Below are positions 24,001 to 36,000 of a stretch of 64,000 nt of DNA, piece after piece (within the stretch, counting starts at the first letter, position 1; every line of letters starts with the position of its first letter). This stretch comes from Giardia intestinalis. Taxonomy: Eukaryota. The notes below the pieces were generated by a model. It did not search any database and was not told the origin of the DNA. It worked only from the letters and a program-made list of their open reading frames with translations. The translations under genes and the position numbers were made by a program. The stretch lies in assembly GCA_000002435.2 (NCBI GenBank), contig CM018793.1. One strand, 5' to 3'.

Positions 24001-27000
24001 NNNNNNNNNNNNNNNNNNNNNNNNNNNNNNNNNNNNNNNNNNNNNNNNNNNNNNNNNNNNNNNNNNNNNNNNNNNNNNNNNNNNNNNNNNNNNNNNNNNN
24101 NNNNNNNNNNNNNNNNNNNNNNNNNNNNNNNNNNNNNNNNNNNNNNNNNNNNNNNNNNNNNNNNNNNNNNNNNNNNNNNNNNNNNNNNNNNNNNNNNNNN
24201 NNNNNNNNNNNNNNNNNNNNNNNNNNNNNNNNNNNNNNNNNNNNNNNNNNNNNNNNNNNNNNNNNNNNNNNNNNNNNNNNNNNNNNNNNNNNNNNNNNNN
24301 NNNNNNNNNNNNNNNNNNNNNNNNNNNNNNNNNNNNNNNNNNNNNNNNNNNNNNNNNNNNNNNNNNNNNNNNNNNNNNNNNNNNNNNNNNNNNNNNNNNN
24401 NNNNNNNNNNNNNNNNNNNNNNNNNNNNNNNNNNNNNNNNNNNNNNNNNNNNNNNNNNNNNNNNNNNNNNNNNNNNNNNNNNNNNNNNNNNNNNNNNNNN
24501 NNNNNNNNNNNNNNNNNNNNNNNNNNNNNNNNNNNNNNNNNNNNNNNNNNNNNNNNNNNNNNNNNNNNNNNNNNNNNNNNNNNNNNNNNNNNNNNNNNNN
24601 NNNNNNNNNNNNNNNNNNNNNNNNNNNNNNNNNNNNNNNNNNNNNNNNNNNNNNNNNNNNNNNNNNNNNNNNNNNNNNNNNNNNNNNNNNNNNNNNNNNN
24701 NNNNNNNNNNNNNNNNNNNNNNNNNNNNNNNNNNNNNNNNNNNNNNNNNNNNNNNNNNNNNNNNNNNNNNNNNNNNNNNNNNNNNNNNNNNNNNNNNNNN
24801 NNNNNNNNNNNNNNNNNNNNNNNNNNNNNNNNNNNNNNNNNNNNNNNNNNNNNNNNNNNNNNNNNNNNNNNNNNNNNNNNNNNNNNNNNNNNNNNNNNNN
24901 NNNNNNNNNNNNNNNNNNNNNNNNNNNNNNNNNNNNNNNNNNNNNNNNNNNNNNNNNNNNNNNNNNNNNNNNNNNNNNNNNNNNNNNNNNNNNNNNNNNN
25001 NNNNNNNNNNNNNNNNNNNNNNNNNNNNNNNNNNNNNNNNNNNNNNNNNNNNNNNNNNNNNNNNNNNNNNNNNNNNNNNNNNNNNNNNNNNNNNNNNNNN
25101 NNNNNNNNNNNNNNNNNNNNNNNNNNNNNNNNNNNNNNNNNNNNNNNNNNNNNNNNNNNNNNNNNNNNNNNNNNNNNNNNNNNNNNNNNNNNNNNNNNNN
25201 NNNNNNNNNNNNNNNNNNNNNNNNNNNNNNNNNNNNNNNNNNNNNNNNNNNNNNNNNNNNNNNNNNNNNNNNNNNNNNNNNNNNNNNNNNNNNNNNNNNN
25301 NNNNNNNNNNNNNNNNNNNNNNNNNNNNNNNNNNNNNNNNNNNNNNNNNNNNNNNNNNNNNNNNNNNNNNNNNNNNNNNNNNNNNNNNNNNNNNNNNNNN
25401 NNNNNNNNNNNNNNNNNNNNNNNNNNNNNNNNNNNNNNNNNNNNNNNNNNNNNNNNNNNNNNNNNNNNNNNNNNNNNNNNNNNNNNNNNNNNNNNNNNNN
25501 NNNNNNNNNNNNNNNNNNNNNNNNNNNNNNNNNNNNNNNNNNNNNNNNNNNNNNNNNNNNNNNNNNNNNNNNNNNNNNNNNNNNNNNNNNNNNNNNNNNN
25601 NNNNNNNNNNNNNNNNNNNNNNNNNNNNNNNNNNNNNNNNNNNNNNNNNNNNNNNNNNNNNNNNNNNNNNNNNNNNNNNNNNNNNNNNNNNNNNNNNNNN
25701 NNNNNNNNNNNNNNNNNNNNNNNNNNNNNNNNNNNNNNNNNNNNNNNNNNNNNNNNNNNNNNNNNNNNNNNNNNNNNNNNNNNNNNNNNNNNNNNNNNNN
25801 NNNNNNNNNNNNNNNNNNNNNNNNNNNNNNNNNNNNNNNNNNNNNNNNNNNNNNNNNNNNNNNNNNNNNNNNNNNNNNNNNNNNNNNNNNNNNNNNNNNN
25901 NNNNNNNNNNNNNNNNNNNNNNNNNNNNNNNNNNNNNNNNNNNNNNNNNNNNNNNNNNNNNNNNNNNNNNNNNNNNNNNNNNNNNNNNNNNNNNNNNNNN
26001 NNNNNNNNNNNNNNNNNNNNNNNNNNNNNNNNNNNNNNNNNNNNNNNNNNNNNNNNNNNNNNNNNNNNNNNNNNNNNNNNNNNNNNNNNNNNNNNNNNNN
26101 NNNNNNNNNNNNNNNNNNNNNNNNNNNNNNNNNNNNNNNNNNNNNNNNNNNNNNNNNNNNNNNNNNNNNNNNNNNNNNNNNNNNNNNNNNNNNNNNNNNN
26201 NNNNNNNNNNNNNNNNNNNNNNNNNNNNNNNNNNNNNNNNNNNNNNNNNNNNNNNNNNNNNNNNNNNNNNNNNNNNNNNNNNNNNNNNNNNNNNNNNNNN
26301 NNNNNNNNNNNNNNNNNNNNNNNNNNNNNNNNNNNNNNNNNNNNNNNNNNNNNNNNNNNNNNNNNNNNNNNNNNNNNNNNNNNNNNNNNNNNNNNNNNNN
26401 NNNNNNNNNNNNNNNNNNNNNNNNNNNNNNNNNNNNNNNNNNNNNNNNNNNNNNNNNNNNNNNNNNNNNNNNNNNNNNNNNNNNNNNNNNNNNNNNNNNN
26501 NNNNNNNNNNNNNNNNNNNNNNNNNNNNNNNNNNNNNNNNNNNNNNNNNNNNNNNNNNNNNNNNNNNNNNNNNNNNNNNNNNNNNNNNNNNNNNNNNNNN
26601 NNNNNNNNNNNNNNNNNNNNNNNNNNNNNNNNNNNNNNNNNNNNNNNNNNNNNNNNNNNNNNNNNNNNNNNNNNNNNNNNNNNNNNNNNNNNNNNNNNNN
26701 NNNNNNNNNNNNNNNNNNNNNNNNNNNNNNNNNNNNNNNNNNNNNNNNNNNNNNNNNNNNNNNNNNNNNNNNNNNNNNNNNNNNNNNNNNNNNNNNNNNN
26801 NNNNNNNNNNNNNNNNNNNNNNNNNNNNNNNNNNNNNNNNNNNNNNNNNNNNNNNNNNNNNNNNNNNNNNNNNNNNNNNNNNNNNNNNNNNNNNNNNNNN
26901 NNNNNNNNNNNNNNNNNNNNNNNNNNNNNNNNNNNNNNNNNNNNNNNNNNNNNNNNNNNNNNNNNNNNNNNNNNNNNNNNNNNNNNNNNNNNNNNNNNNN

Positions 27001-30000
27001 NNNNNNNNNNNNNNNNNNNNNNNNNNNNNNNNNNNNNNNNNNNNNNNNNNNNNNNNNNNNNNNNNNNNNNNNNNNNNNNNNNNNNNNNNNNNNNNNNNNN
27101 NNNNNNNNNNNNNNNNNNNNNNNNNNNNNNNNNNNNNNNNNNNNNNNNNNNNNNNNNNNNNNNNNNNNNNNNNNNNNNNNNNNNNNNNNNNNNNNNNNNN
27201 NNNNNNNNNNNNNNNNNNNNNNNNNNNNNNNNNNNNNNNNNNNNNNNNNNNNNNNNNNNNNNNNNNNNNNNNNNNNNNNNNNNNNNNNNNNNNNNNNNNN
27301 NNNNNNNNNNNNNNNNNNNNNNNNNNNNNNNNNNNNNNNNNNNNNNNNNNNNNNNNNNNNNNNNNNNNNNNNNNNNNNNNNNNNNNNNNNNNNNNNNNNN
27401 NNNNNNNNNNNNNNNNNNNNNNNNNNNNNNNNNNNNNNNNNNNNNNNNNNNNNNNNNNNNNNNNNNNNNNNNNNNNNNNNNNNNNNNNNNNNNNNNNNNN
27501 NNNNNNNNNNNNNNNNNNNNNNNNNNNNNNNNNNNNNNNNNNNNNNNNNNNNNNNNNNNNNNNNNNNNNNNNNNNNNNNNNNNNNNNNNNNNNNNNNNNN
27601 NNNNNNNNNNNNNNNNNNNNNNNNNNNNNNNNNNNNNNNNNNNNNNNNNNNNNNNNNNNNNNNNNNNNNNNNNNNNNNNNNNNNNNNNNNNNNNNNNNNN
27701 NNNNNNNNNNNNNNNNNNNNNNNNNNNNNNNNNNNNNNNNNNNNNNNNNNNNNNNNNNNNNNNNNNNNNNNNNNNNNNNNNNNNNNNNNNNNNNNNNNNN
27801 NNNNNNNNNNNNNNNNNNNNNNNNNNNNNNNNNNNNNNNNNNNNNNNNNNNNNNNNNNNNNNNNNNNNNNNNNNNNNNNNNNNNNNNNNNNNNNNNNNNN
27901 NNNNNNNNNNNNNNNNNNNNNNNNNNNNNNNNNNNNNNNNNNNNNNNNNNNNNNNNNNNNNNNNNNNNNNNNNNNNNNNNNNNNNNNNNNNNNNNNNNNN
28001 NNNNNNNNNNNNNNNNNNNNNNNNNNNNNNNNNNNNNNNNNNNNNNNNNNNNNNNNNNNNNNNNNNNNNNNNNNNNNNNNNNNNNNNNNNNNNNNNNNNN
28101 NNNNNNNNNNNNNNNNNNNNNNNNNNNNNNNNNNNNNNNNNNNNNNNNNNNNNNNNNNNNNNNNNNNNNNNNNNNNNNNNNNNNNNNNNNNNNNNNNNNN
28201 NNNNNNNNNNNNNNNNNNNNNNNNNNNNNNNNNNNNNNNNNNNNNNNNNNNNNNNNNNNNNNNNNNNNNNNNNNNNNNNNNNNNNNNNNNNNNNNNNNNN
28301 NNNNNNNNNNNNNNNNNNNNNNNNNNNNNNNNNNNNNNNNNNNNNNNNNNNNNNNNNNNNNNNNNNNNNNNNNNNNNNNNNNNNNNNNNNNNNNNNNNNN
28401 NNNNNNNNNNNNNNNNNNNNNNNNNNNNNNNNNNNNNNNNNNNNNNNNNNNNNNNNNNNNNNNNNNNNNNNNNNNNNNNNNNNNNNNNNNNNNNNNNNNN
28501 NNNNNNNNNNNNNNNNNNNNNNNNNNNNNNNNNNNNNNNNNNNNNNNNNNNNNNNNNNNNNNNNNNNNNNNNNNNNNNNNNNNNNNNNNNNNNNNNNNNN
28601 NNNNNNNNNNNNNNNNNNNNNNNNNNNNNNNNNNNNNNNNNNNNNNNNNNNNNNNNNNNNNNNNNNNNNNNNNNNNNNNNNNNNNNNNNNNNNNNNNNNN
28701 NNNNNNNNNNNNNNNNNNNNNNNNNNNNNNNNNNNNNNNNNNNNNNNNNNNNNNNNNNNNNNNNNNNNNNNNNNNNNNNNNNNNNNNNNNNNNNNNNNNN
28801 NNNNNNNNNNNNNNNNNNNNNNNNNNNNNNNNNNNNNNNNNNNNNNNNNNNNNNNNNNNNNNNNNNNNNNNNNNNNNNNNNNNNNNNNNNNNNNNNNNNN
28901 NNNNNNNNNNNNNNNNNNNNNNNNNNNNNNNNNNNNNNNNNNNNNNNNNNNNNNNNNNNNNNNNNNNNNNNNNNNNNNNNNNNNNNNNNNNNNNNNNNNN
29001 NNNNNNNNNNNNNNNNNNNNNNNNNNNNNNNNNNNNNNNNNNNNNNNNNNNNNNNNNNNNNNNNNNNNNNNNNNNNNNNNNNNNNNNNNNNNNNNNNNNN
29101 NNNNNNNNNNNNNNNNNNNNNNNNNNNNNNNNNNNNNNNNNNNNNNNNNNNNNNNNNNNNNNNNNNNNNNNNNNNNNNNNNNNNNNNNNNNNNNNNNNNN
29201 NNNNNNNNNNNNNNNNNNNNNNNNNNNNNNNNNNNNNNNNNNNNNNNNNNNNNNNNNNNNNNNNNNNNNNNNNNNNNNNNNNNNNNNNNNNNNNNNNNNN
29301 NNNNNNNNNNNNNNNNNNNNNNNNNNNNNNNNNNNNNNNNNNNNNNNNNNNNNNNNNNNNNNNNNNNNNNNNNNNNNNNNNNNNNNNNNNNNNNNNNNNN
29401 NNNNNNNNNNNNNNNNNNNNNNNNNNNNNNNNNNNNNNNNNNNNNNNNNNNNNNNNNNNNNNNNNNNNNNNNNNNNNNNNNNNNNNNNNNNNNNNNNNNN
29501 NNNNNNNNNNNNNNNNNNNNNNNNNNNNNNNNNNNNNNNNNNNNNNNNNNNNNNNNNNNNNNNNNNNNNNNNNNNNNNNNNNNNNNNNNNNNNNNNNNNN
29601 NNNNNNNNNNNNNNNNNNNNNNNNNNNNNNNNNNNNNNNNNNNNNNNNNNNNNNNNNNNNNNNNNNNNNNNNNNNNNNNNNNNNNNNNNNNNNNNNNNNN
29701 NNNNNNNNNNNNNNNNNNNNNNNNNNNNNNNNNNNNNNNNNNNNNNNNNNNNNNNNNNNNNNNNNNNNNNNNNNNNNNNNNNNNNNNNNNNNNNNNNNNN
29801 NNNNNNNNNNNNNNNNNNNNNNNNNNNNNNNNNNNNNNNNNNNNNNNNNNNNNNNNNNNNNNNNNNNNNNNNNNNNNNNNNNNNNNNNNNNNNNNNNNNN
29901 NNNNNNNNNNNNNNNNNNNNNNNNNNNNNNNNNNNNNNNNNNNNNNNNNNNNNNNNNNNNNNNNNNNNNNNNNNNNNNNNNNNNNNNNNNNNNNNNNNNN

Positions 30001-33000
30001 NNNNNNNNNNNNNNNNNNNNNNNNNNNNNNNNNNNNNNNNNNNNNNNNNNNNNNNNNNNNNNNNNNNNNNNNNNNNNNNNNNNNNNNNNNNNNNNNNNNN
30101 NNNNNNNNNNNNNNNNNNNNNNNNNNNNNNNNNNNNNNNNNNNNNNNNNNNNNNNNNNNNNNNNNNNNNNNNNNNNNNNNNNNNNNNNNNNNNNNNNNNN
30201 NNNNNNNNNNNNNNNNNNNNNNNNNNNNNNNNNNNNNNNNNNNNNNNNNNNNNNNNNNNNNNNNNNNNNNNNNNNNNNNNNNNNNNNNNNNNNNNNNNNN
30301 NNNNNNNNNNNNNNNNNNNNNNNNNNNNNNNNNNNNNNNNNNNNNNNNNNNNNNNNNNNNNNNNNNNNNNNNNNNNNNNNNNNNNNNNNNNNNNNNNNNN
30401 NNNNNNNNNNNNNNNNNNNNNNNNNNNNNNNNNNNNNNNNNNNNNNNNNNNNNNNNNNNNNNNNNNNNNNNNNNNNNNNNNNNNNNNNNNNNNNNNNNNN
30501 NNNNNNNNNNNNNNNNNNNNNNNNNNNNNNNNNNNNNNNNNNNNNNNNNNNNNNNNNNNNNNNNNNNNNNNNNNNNNNNNNNNNNNNNNNNNNNNNNNNN
30601 NNNNNNNNNNNNNNNNNNNNNNNNNNNNNNNNNNNNNNNNNNNNNNNNNNNNNNNNNNNNNNNNNNNNNNNNNNNNNNNNNNNNNNNNNNNNNNNNNNNN
30701 NNNNNNNNNNNNNNNNNNNNNNNNNNNNNNNNNNNNNNNNNNNNNNNNNNNNNNNNNNNNNNNNNNNNNNNNNNNNNNNNNNNNNNNNNNNNNNNNNNNN
30801 NNNNNNNNNNNNNNNNNNNNNNNNNNNNNNNNNNNNNNNNNNNNNNNNNNNNNNNNNNNNNNNNNNNNNNNNNNNNNNNNNNNNNNNNNNNNNNNNNNNN
30901 NNNNNNNNNNNNNNNNNNNNNNNNNNNNNNNNNNNNNNNNNNNNNNNNNNNNNNNNNNNNNNNNNNNNNNNNNNNNNNNNNNNNNNNNNNNNNNNNNNNN
31001 NNNNNNNNNNNNNNNNNNNNNNNNNNNNNNNNNNNNNNNNNNNNNNNNNNNNNNNNNNNNNNNNNNNNNNNNNNNNNNNNNNNNNNNNNNNNNNNNNNNN
31101 NNNNNNNNNNNNNNNNNNNNNNNNNNNNNNNNNNNNNNNNNNNNNNNNNNNNNNNNNNNNNNNNNNNNNNNNNNNNNNNNNNNNNNNNNNNNNNNNNNNN
31201 NNNNNNNNNNNNNNNNNNNNNNNNNNNNNNNNNNNNNNNNNNNNNNNNNNNNNNNNNNNNNNNNNNNNNNNNNNNNNNNNNNNNNNNNNNNNNNNNNNNN
31301 NNNNNNNNNNNNNNNNNNNNNNNNNNNNNNNNNNNNNNNNNNNNNNNNNNNNNNNNNNNNNNNNNNNNNNNNNNNNNNNNNNNNNNNNNNNNNNNNNNNN
31401 NNNNNNNNNNNNNNNNNNNNNNNNNNNNNNNNNNNNNNNNNNNNNNNNNNNNNNNNNNNNNNNNNNNNNNNNNNNNNNNNNNNNNNNNNNNNNNNNNNNN
31501 NNNNNNNNNNNNNNNNNNNNNNNNNNNNNNNNNNNNNNNNNNNNNNNNNNNNNNNNNNNNNNNNNNNNNNNNNNNNNNNNNNNNNNNNNNNNNNNNNNNN
31601 NNNNNNNNNNNNNNNNNNNNNNNNNNNNNNNNNNNNNNNNNNNNNNNNNNNNNNNNNNNNNNNNNNNNNNNNNNNNNNNNNNNNNNNNNNNNNNNNNNNN
31701 NNNNNNNNNNNNNNNNNNNNNNNNNNNNNNNNNNNNNNNNNNNNNNNNNNNNNNNNNNNNNNNNNNNNNNNNNNNNNNNNNNNNNNNNNNNNNNNNNNNN
31801 NNNNNNNNNNNNNNNNNNNNNNNNNNNNNNNNNNNNNNNNNNNNNNNNNNNNNNNNNNNNNNNNNNNNNNNNNNNNNNNNNNNNNNNNNNNNNNNNNNNN
31901 NNNNNNNNNNNNNNNNNNNNNNNNNNNNNNNNNNNNNNNNNNNNNNNNNNNNNNNNNNNNNNNNNNNNNNNNNNNNNNNNNNNNNNNNNNNNNNNNNNNN
32001 NNNNNNNNNNNNNNNNNNNNNNNNNNNNNNNNNNNNNNNNNNNNNNNNNNNNNNNNNNNNNNNNNNNNNNNNNNNNNNNNNNNNNNNNNNNNNNNNNNNN
32101 NNNNNNNNNNNNNNNNNNNNNNNNNNNNNNNNNNNNNNNNNNNNNNNNNNNNNNNNNNNNNNNNNNNNNNNNNNNNNNNNNNNNNNNNNNNNNNNNNNNN
32201 NNNNNNNNNNNNNNNNNNNNNNNNNNNNNNNNNNNNNNNNNNNNNNNNNNNNNNNNNNNNNNNNNNNNNNNNNNNNNNNNNNNNNNNNNNNNNNNNNNNN
32301 NNNNNNNNNNNNNNNNNNNNNNNNNNNNNNNNNNNNNNNNNNNNNNNNNNNNNNNNNNNNNNNNNNNNNNNNNNNNNNNNNNNNNNNNNNNNNNNNNNNN
32401 NNNNNNNNNNNNNNNNNNNNNNNNNNNNNNNNNNNNNNNNNNNNNNNNNNNNNNNNNNNNNNNNNNNNNNNNNNNNNNNNNNNNNNNNNNNNNNNNNNNN
32501 NNNNNNNNNNNNNNNNNNNNNNNNNNNNNNNNNNNNNNNNNNNNNNNNNNNNNNNNNNNNNNNNNNNNNNNNNNNNNNNNNNNNNNNNNNNNNNNNNNNN
32601 NNNNNNNNNNNNNNNNNNNNNNNNNNNNNNNNNNNNNNNNNNNNNNNNNNNNNNNNNNNNNNNNNNNNNNNNNNNNNNNNNNNNNNNNNNNNNNNNNNNN
32701 NNNNNNNNNNNNNNNNNNNNNNNNNNNNNNNNNNNNNNNNNNNNNNNNNNNNNNNNNNNNNNNNNNNNNNNNNNNNNNNNNNNNNNNNNNNNNNNNNNNN
32801 NNNNNNNNNNNNNNNNNNNNNNNNNNNNNNNNNNNNNNNNNNNNNNNNNNNNNNNNNNNNNNNNNNNNNNNNNNNNNNNNNNNNNNNNNNNNNNNNNNNN
32901 NNNNNNNNNNNNNNNNNNNNNNNNNNNNNNNNNNNNNNNNNNNNNNNNNNNNNNNNNNNNNNNNNNNNNNNNNNNNNNNNNNNNNNNNNNNNNNNNNNNN

Positions 33001-36000
33001 NNNNNNNNNNNNNNNNNNNNNNNNNNNNNNNNNNNNNNNNNNNNNNNNNNNNNNNNNNNNNNNNNNNNNNNNNNNNNNNNNNNNNNNNNNNNNNNNNNNN
33101 NNNNNNNNNNNNNNNNNNNNNNNNNNNNNNNNNNNNNNNNNNNNNNNNNNNNNNNNNNNNNNNNNNNNNNNNNNNNNNNNNNNNNNNNNNNNNNNNNNNN
33201 NNNNNNNNNNNNNNNNNNNNNNNNNNNNNNNNNNNNNNNNNNNNNNNNNNNNNNNNNNNNNNNNNNNNNNNNNNNNNNNNNNNNNNNNNNNNNNNNNNNN
33301 NNNNNNNNNNNNNNNNNNNNNNNNNNNNNNNNNNNNNNNNNNNNNNNNNNNNNNNNNNNNNNNNNNNNNNNNNNNNNNNNNNNNNNNNNNNNNNNNNNNN
33401 NNNNNNNNNNNNNNNNNNNNNNNNNNNNNNNNNNNNNNNNNNNNNNNNNNNNNNNNNNNNNNNNNNNNNNNNNNNNNNNNNNNNNNNNNNNNNNNNNNNN
33501 NNNNNNNNNNNNNNNNNNNNNNNNNNNNNNNNNNNNNNNNNNNNNNNNNNNNNNNNNNNNNNNNNNNNNNNNNNNNNNNNNNNNNNNNNNNNNNNNNNNN
33601 NNNNNNNNNNNNNNNNNNNNNNNNNNNNNNNNNNNNNNNNNNNNNNNNNNNNNNNNNNNNNNNNNNNNNNNNNNNNNNNNNNNNNNNNNNNNNNNNNNNN
33701 NNNNNNNNNNNNNNNNNNNNNNNNNNNNNNNNNNNNNNNNNNNNNNNNNNNNNNNNNNNNNNNNNNNNNNNNNNNNNNNNNNNNNNNNNNNNNNNNNNNN
33801 NNNNNNNNNNNNNNNNNNNNNNNNNNNNNNNNNNNNNNNNNNNNNNNNNNNNNNNNNNNNNNNNNNNNNNNNNNNNNNNNNNNNNNNNNNNNNNNNNNNN
33901 NNNNNNNNNNNNNNNNNNNNNNNNNNNNNNNNNNNNNNNNNNNNNNNNNNNNNNNNNNNNNNNNNNNNNNNNNNNNNNNNNNNNNNNNNNNNNNNNNNNN
34001 NNNNNNNNNNNNNNNNNNNNNNNNNNNNNNNNNNNNNNNNNNNNNNNNNNNNNNNNNNNNNNNNNNNNNNNNNNNNNNNNNNNNNNNNNNNNNNNNNNNN
34101 NNNNNNNNNNNNNNNNNNNNNNNNNNNNNNNNNNNNNNNNNNNNNNNNNNNNNNNNNNNNNNNNNNNNNNNNNNNNNNNNNNNNNNNNNNNNNNNNNNNN
34201 NNNNNNNNNNNNNNNNNNNNNNNNNNNNNNNNNNNNNNNNNNNNNNNNNNNNNNNNNNNNNNNNNNNNNNNNNNNNNNNNNNNNNNNNNNNNNNNNNNNN
34301 NNNNNNNNNNNNNNNNNNNNNNNNNNNNNNNNNNNNNNNNNNNNNNNNNNNNNNNNNNNNNNNNNNNNNNNNNNNNNNNNNNNNNNNNNNNNNNNNNNNN
34401 NNNNNNNNNNNNNNNNNNNNNNNNNNNNNNNNNNNNNNNNNNNNNNNNNNNNNNNNNNNNNNNNNNNNNNNNNNNNNNNNNNNNNNNNNNNNNNNNNNNN
34501 NNNNNNNNNNNNNNNNNNNNNNNNNNNNNNNNNNNNNNNNNNNNNNNNNNNNNNNNNNNNNNNNNNNNNNNNNNNNNNNNNNNNNNNNNNNNNNNNNNNN
34601 NNNNNNNNNNNNNNNNNNNNNNNNNNNNNNNNNNNNNNNNNNNNNNNNNNNNNNNNNNNNNNNNNNNNNNNNNNNNNNNNNNNNNNNNNNNNNNNNNNNN
34701 NNNNNNNNNNNNNNNNNNNNNNNNNNNNNNNNNNNNNNNNNNNNNNNNNNNNNNNNNNNNNNNNNNNNNNNNNNNNNNNNNNNNNNNNNNNNNNNNNNNN
34801 NNNNNNNNNNNNNNNNNNNNNNNNNNNNNNNNNNNNNNNNNNNNNNNNNNNNNNNNNNNNNNNNNNNNNNNNNNNNNNNNNNNNNNNNNNNNNNNNNNNN
34901 NNNNNNNNNNNNNNNNNNNNNNNNNNNNNNNNNNNNNNNNNNNNNNNNNNNNNNNNNNNNNNNNNNNNNNNNNNNNNNNNNNNNNNNNNNNNNNNNNNNN
35001 NNNNNNNNNNNNNNNNNNNNNNNNNNNNNNNNNNNNNNNNNNNNNNNNNNNNNNNNNNNNNNNNNNNNNNNNNNNNNNNNNNNNNNNNNNNNNNNNNNNN
35101 NNNNNNNNNNNNNNNNNNNNNNNNNNNNNNNNNNNNNNNNNNNNNNNNNNNNNNNNNNNNNNNNNNNNNNNNNNNNNNNNNNNNNNNNNNNNNNNNNNNN
35201 NNNNNNNNNNNNNNNNNNNNNNNNNNNNNNNNNNNNNNNNNNNNNNNNNNNNNNNNNNNNNNNNNNNNNNNNNNNNNNNNNNNNNNNNNNNNNNNNNNNN
35301 NNNNNNNNNNNNNNNNNNNNNNNNNNNNNNNNNNNNNNNNNNNNNNNNNNNNNNNNNNNNNNNNNNNNNNNNNNNNNNNNNNNNNNNNNNNNNNNNNNNN
35401 NNNNNNNNNNNNNNNNNNNNNNNNNNNNNNNNNNNNNNNNNNNNNNNNNNNNNNNNNNNNNNNNNNNNNNNNNNNNNNNNNNNNNNNNNNNNNNNNNNNN
35501 NNNNNNNNNNNNNNNNNNNNNNNNNNNNNNNNNNNNNNNNNNNNNNNNNNNNNNNNNNNNNNNNNNNNNNNNNNNNNNNNNNNNNNNNNNNNNNNNNNNN
35601 NNNNNNNNNNNNNNNNNNNNNNNNNNNNNNNNNNNNNNNNNNNNNNNNNNNNNNNNNNNNNNNNNNNNNNNNNNNNNNNNNNNNNNNNNNNNNNNNNNNN
35701 NNNNNNNNNNNNNNNNNNNNNNNNNNNNNNNNNNNNNNNNNNNNNNNNNNNNNNNNNNNNNNNNNNNNNNNNNNNNNNNNNNNNNNNNNNNNNNNNNNNN
35801 NNNNNNNNNNNNNNNNNNNNNNNNNNNNNNNNNNNNNNNNNNNNNNNNNNNNNNNNNNNNNNNNNNNNNNNNNNNNNNNNNNNNNNNNNNNNNNNNNNNN
35901 NNNNNNNNNNNNNNNNNNNNNNNNNNNNNNNNNNNNNNNNNNNNNNNNNNNNNNNNNNNNNNNNNNNNNNNNNNNNNNNNNNNNNNNNNNNNNNNNNNNN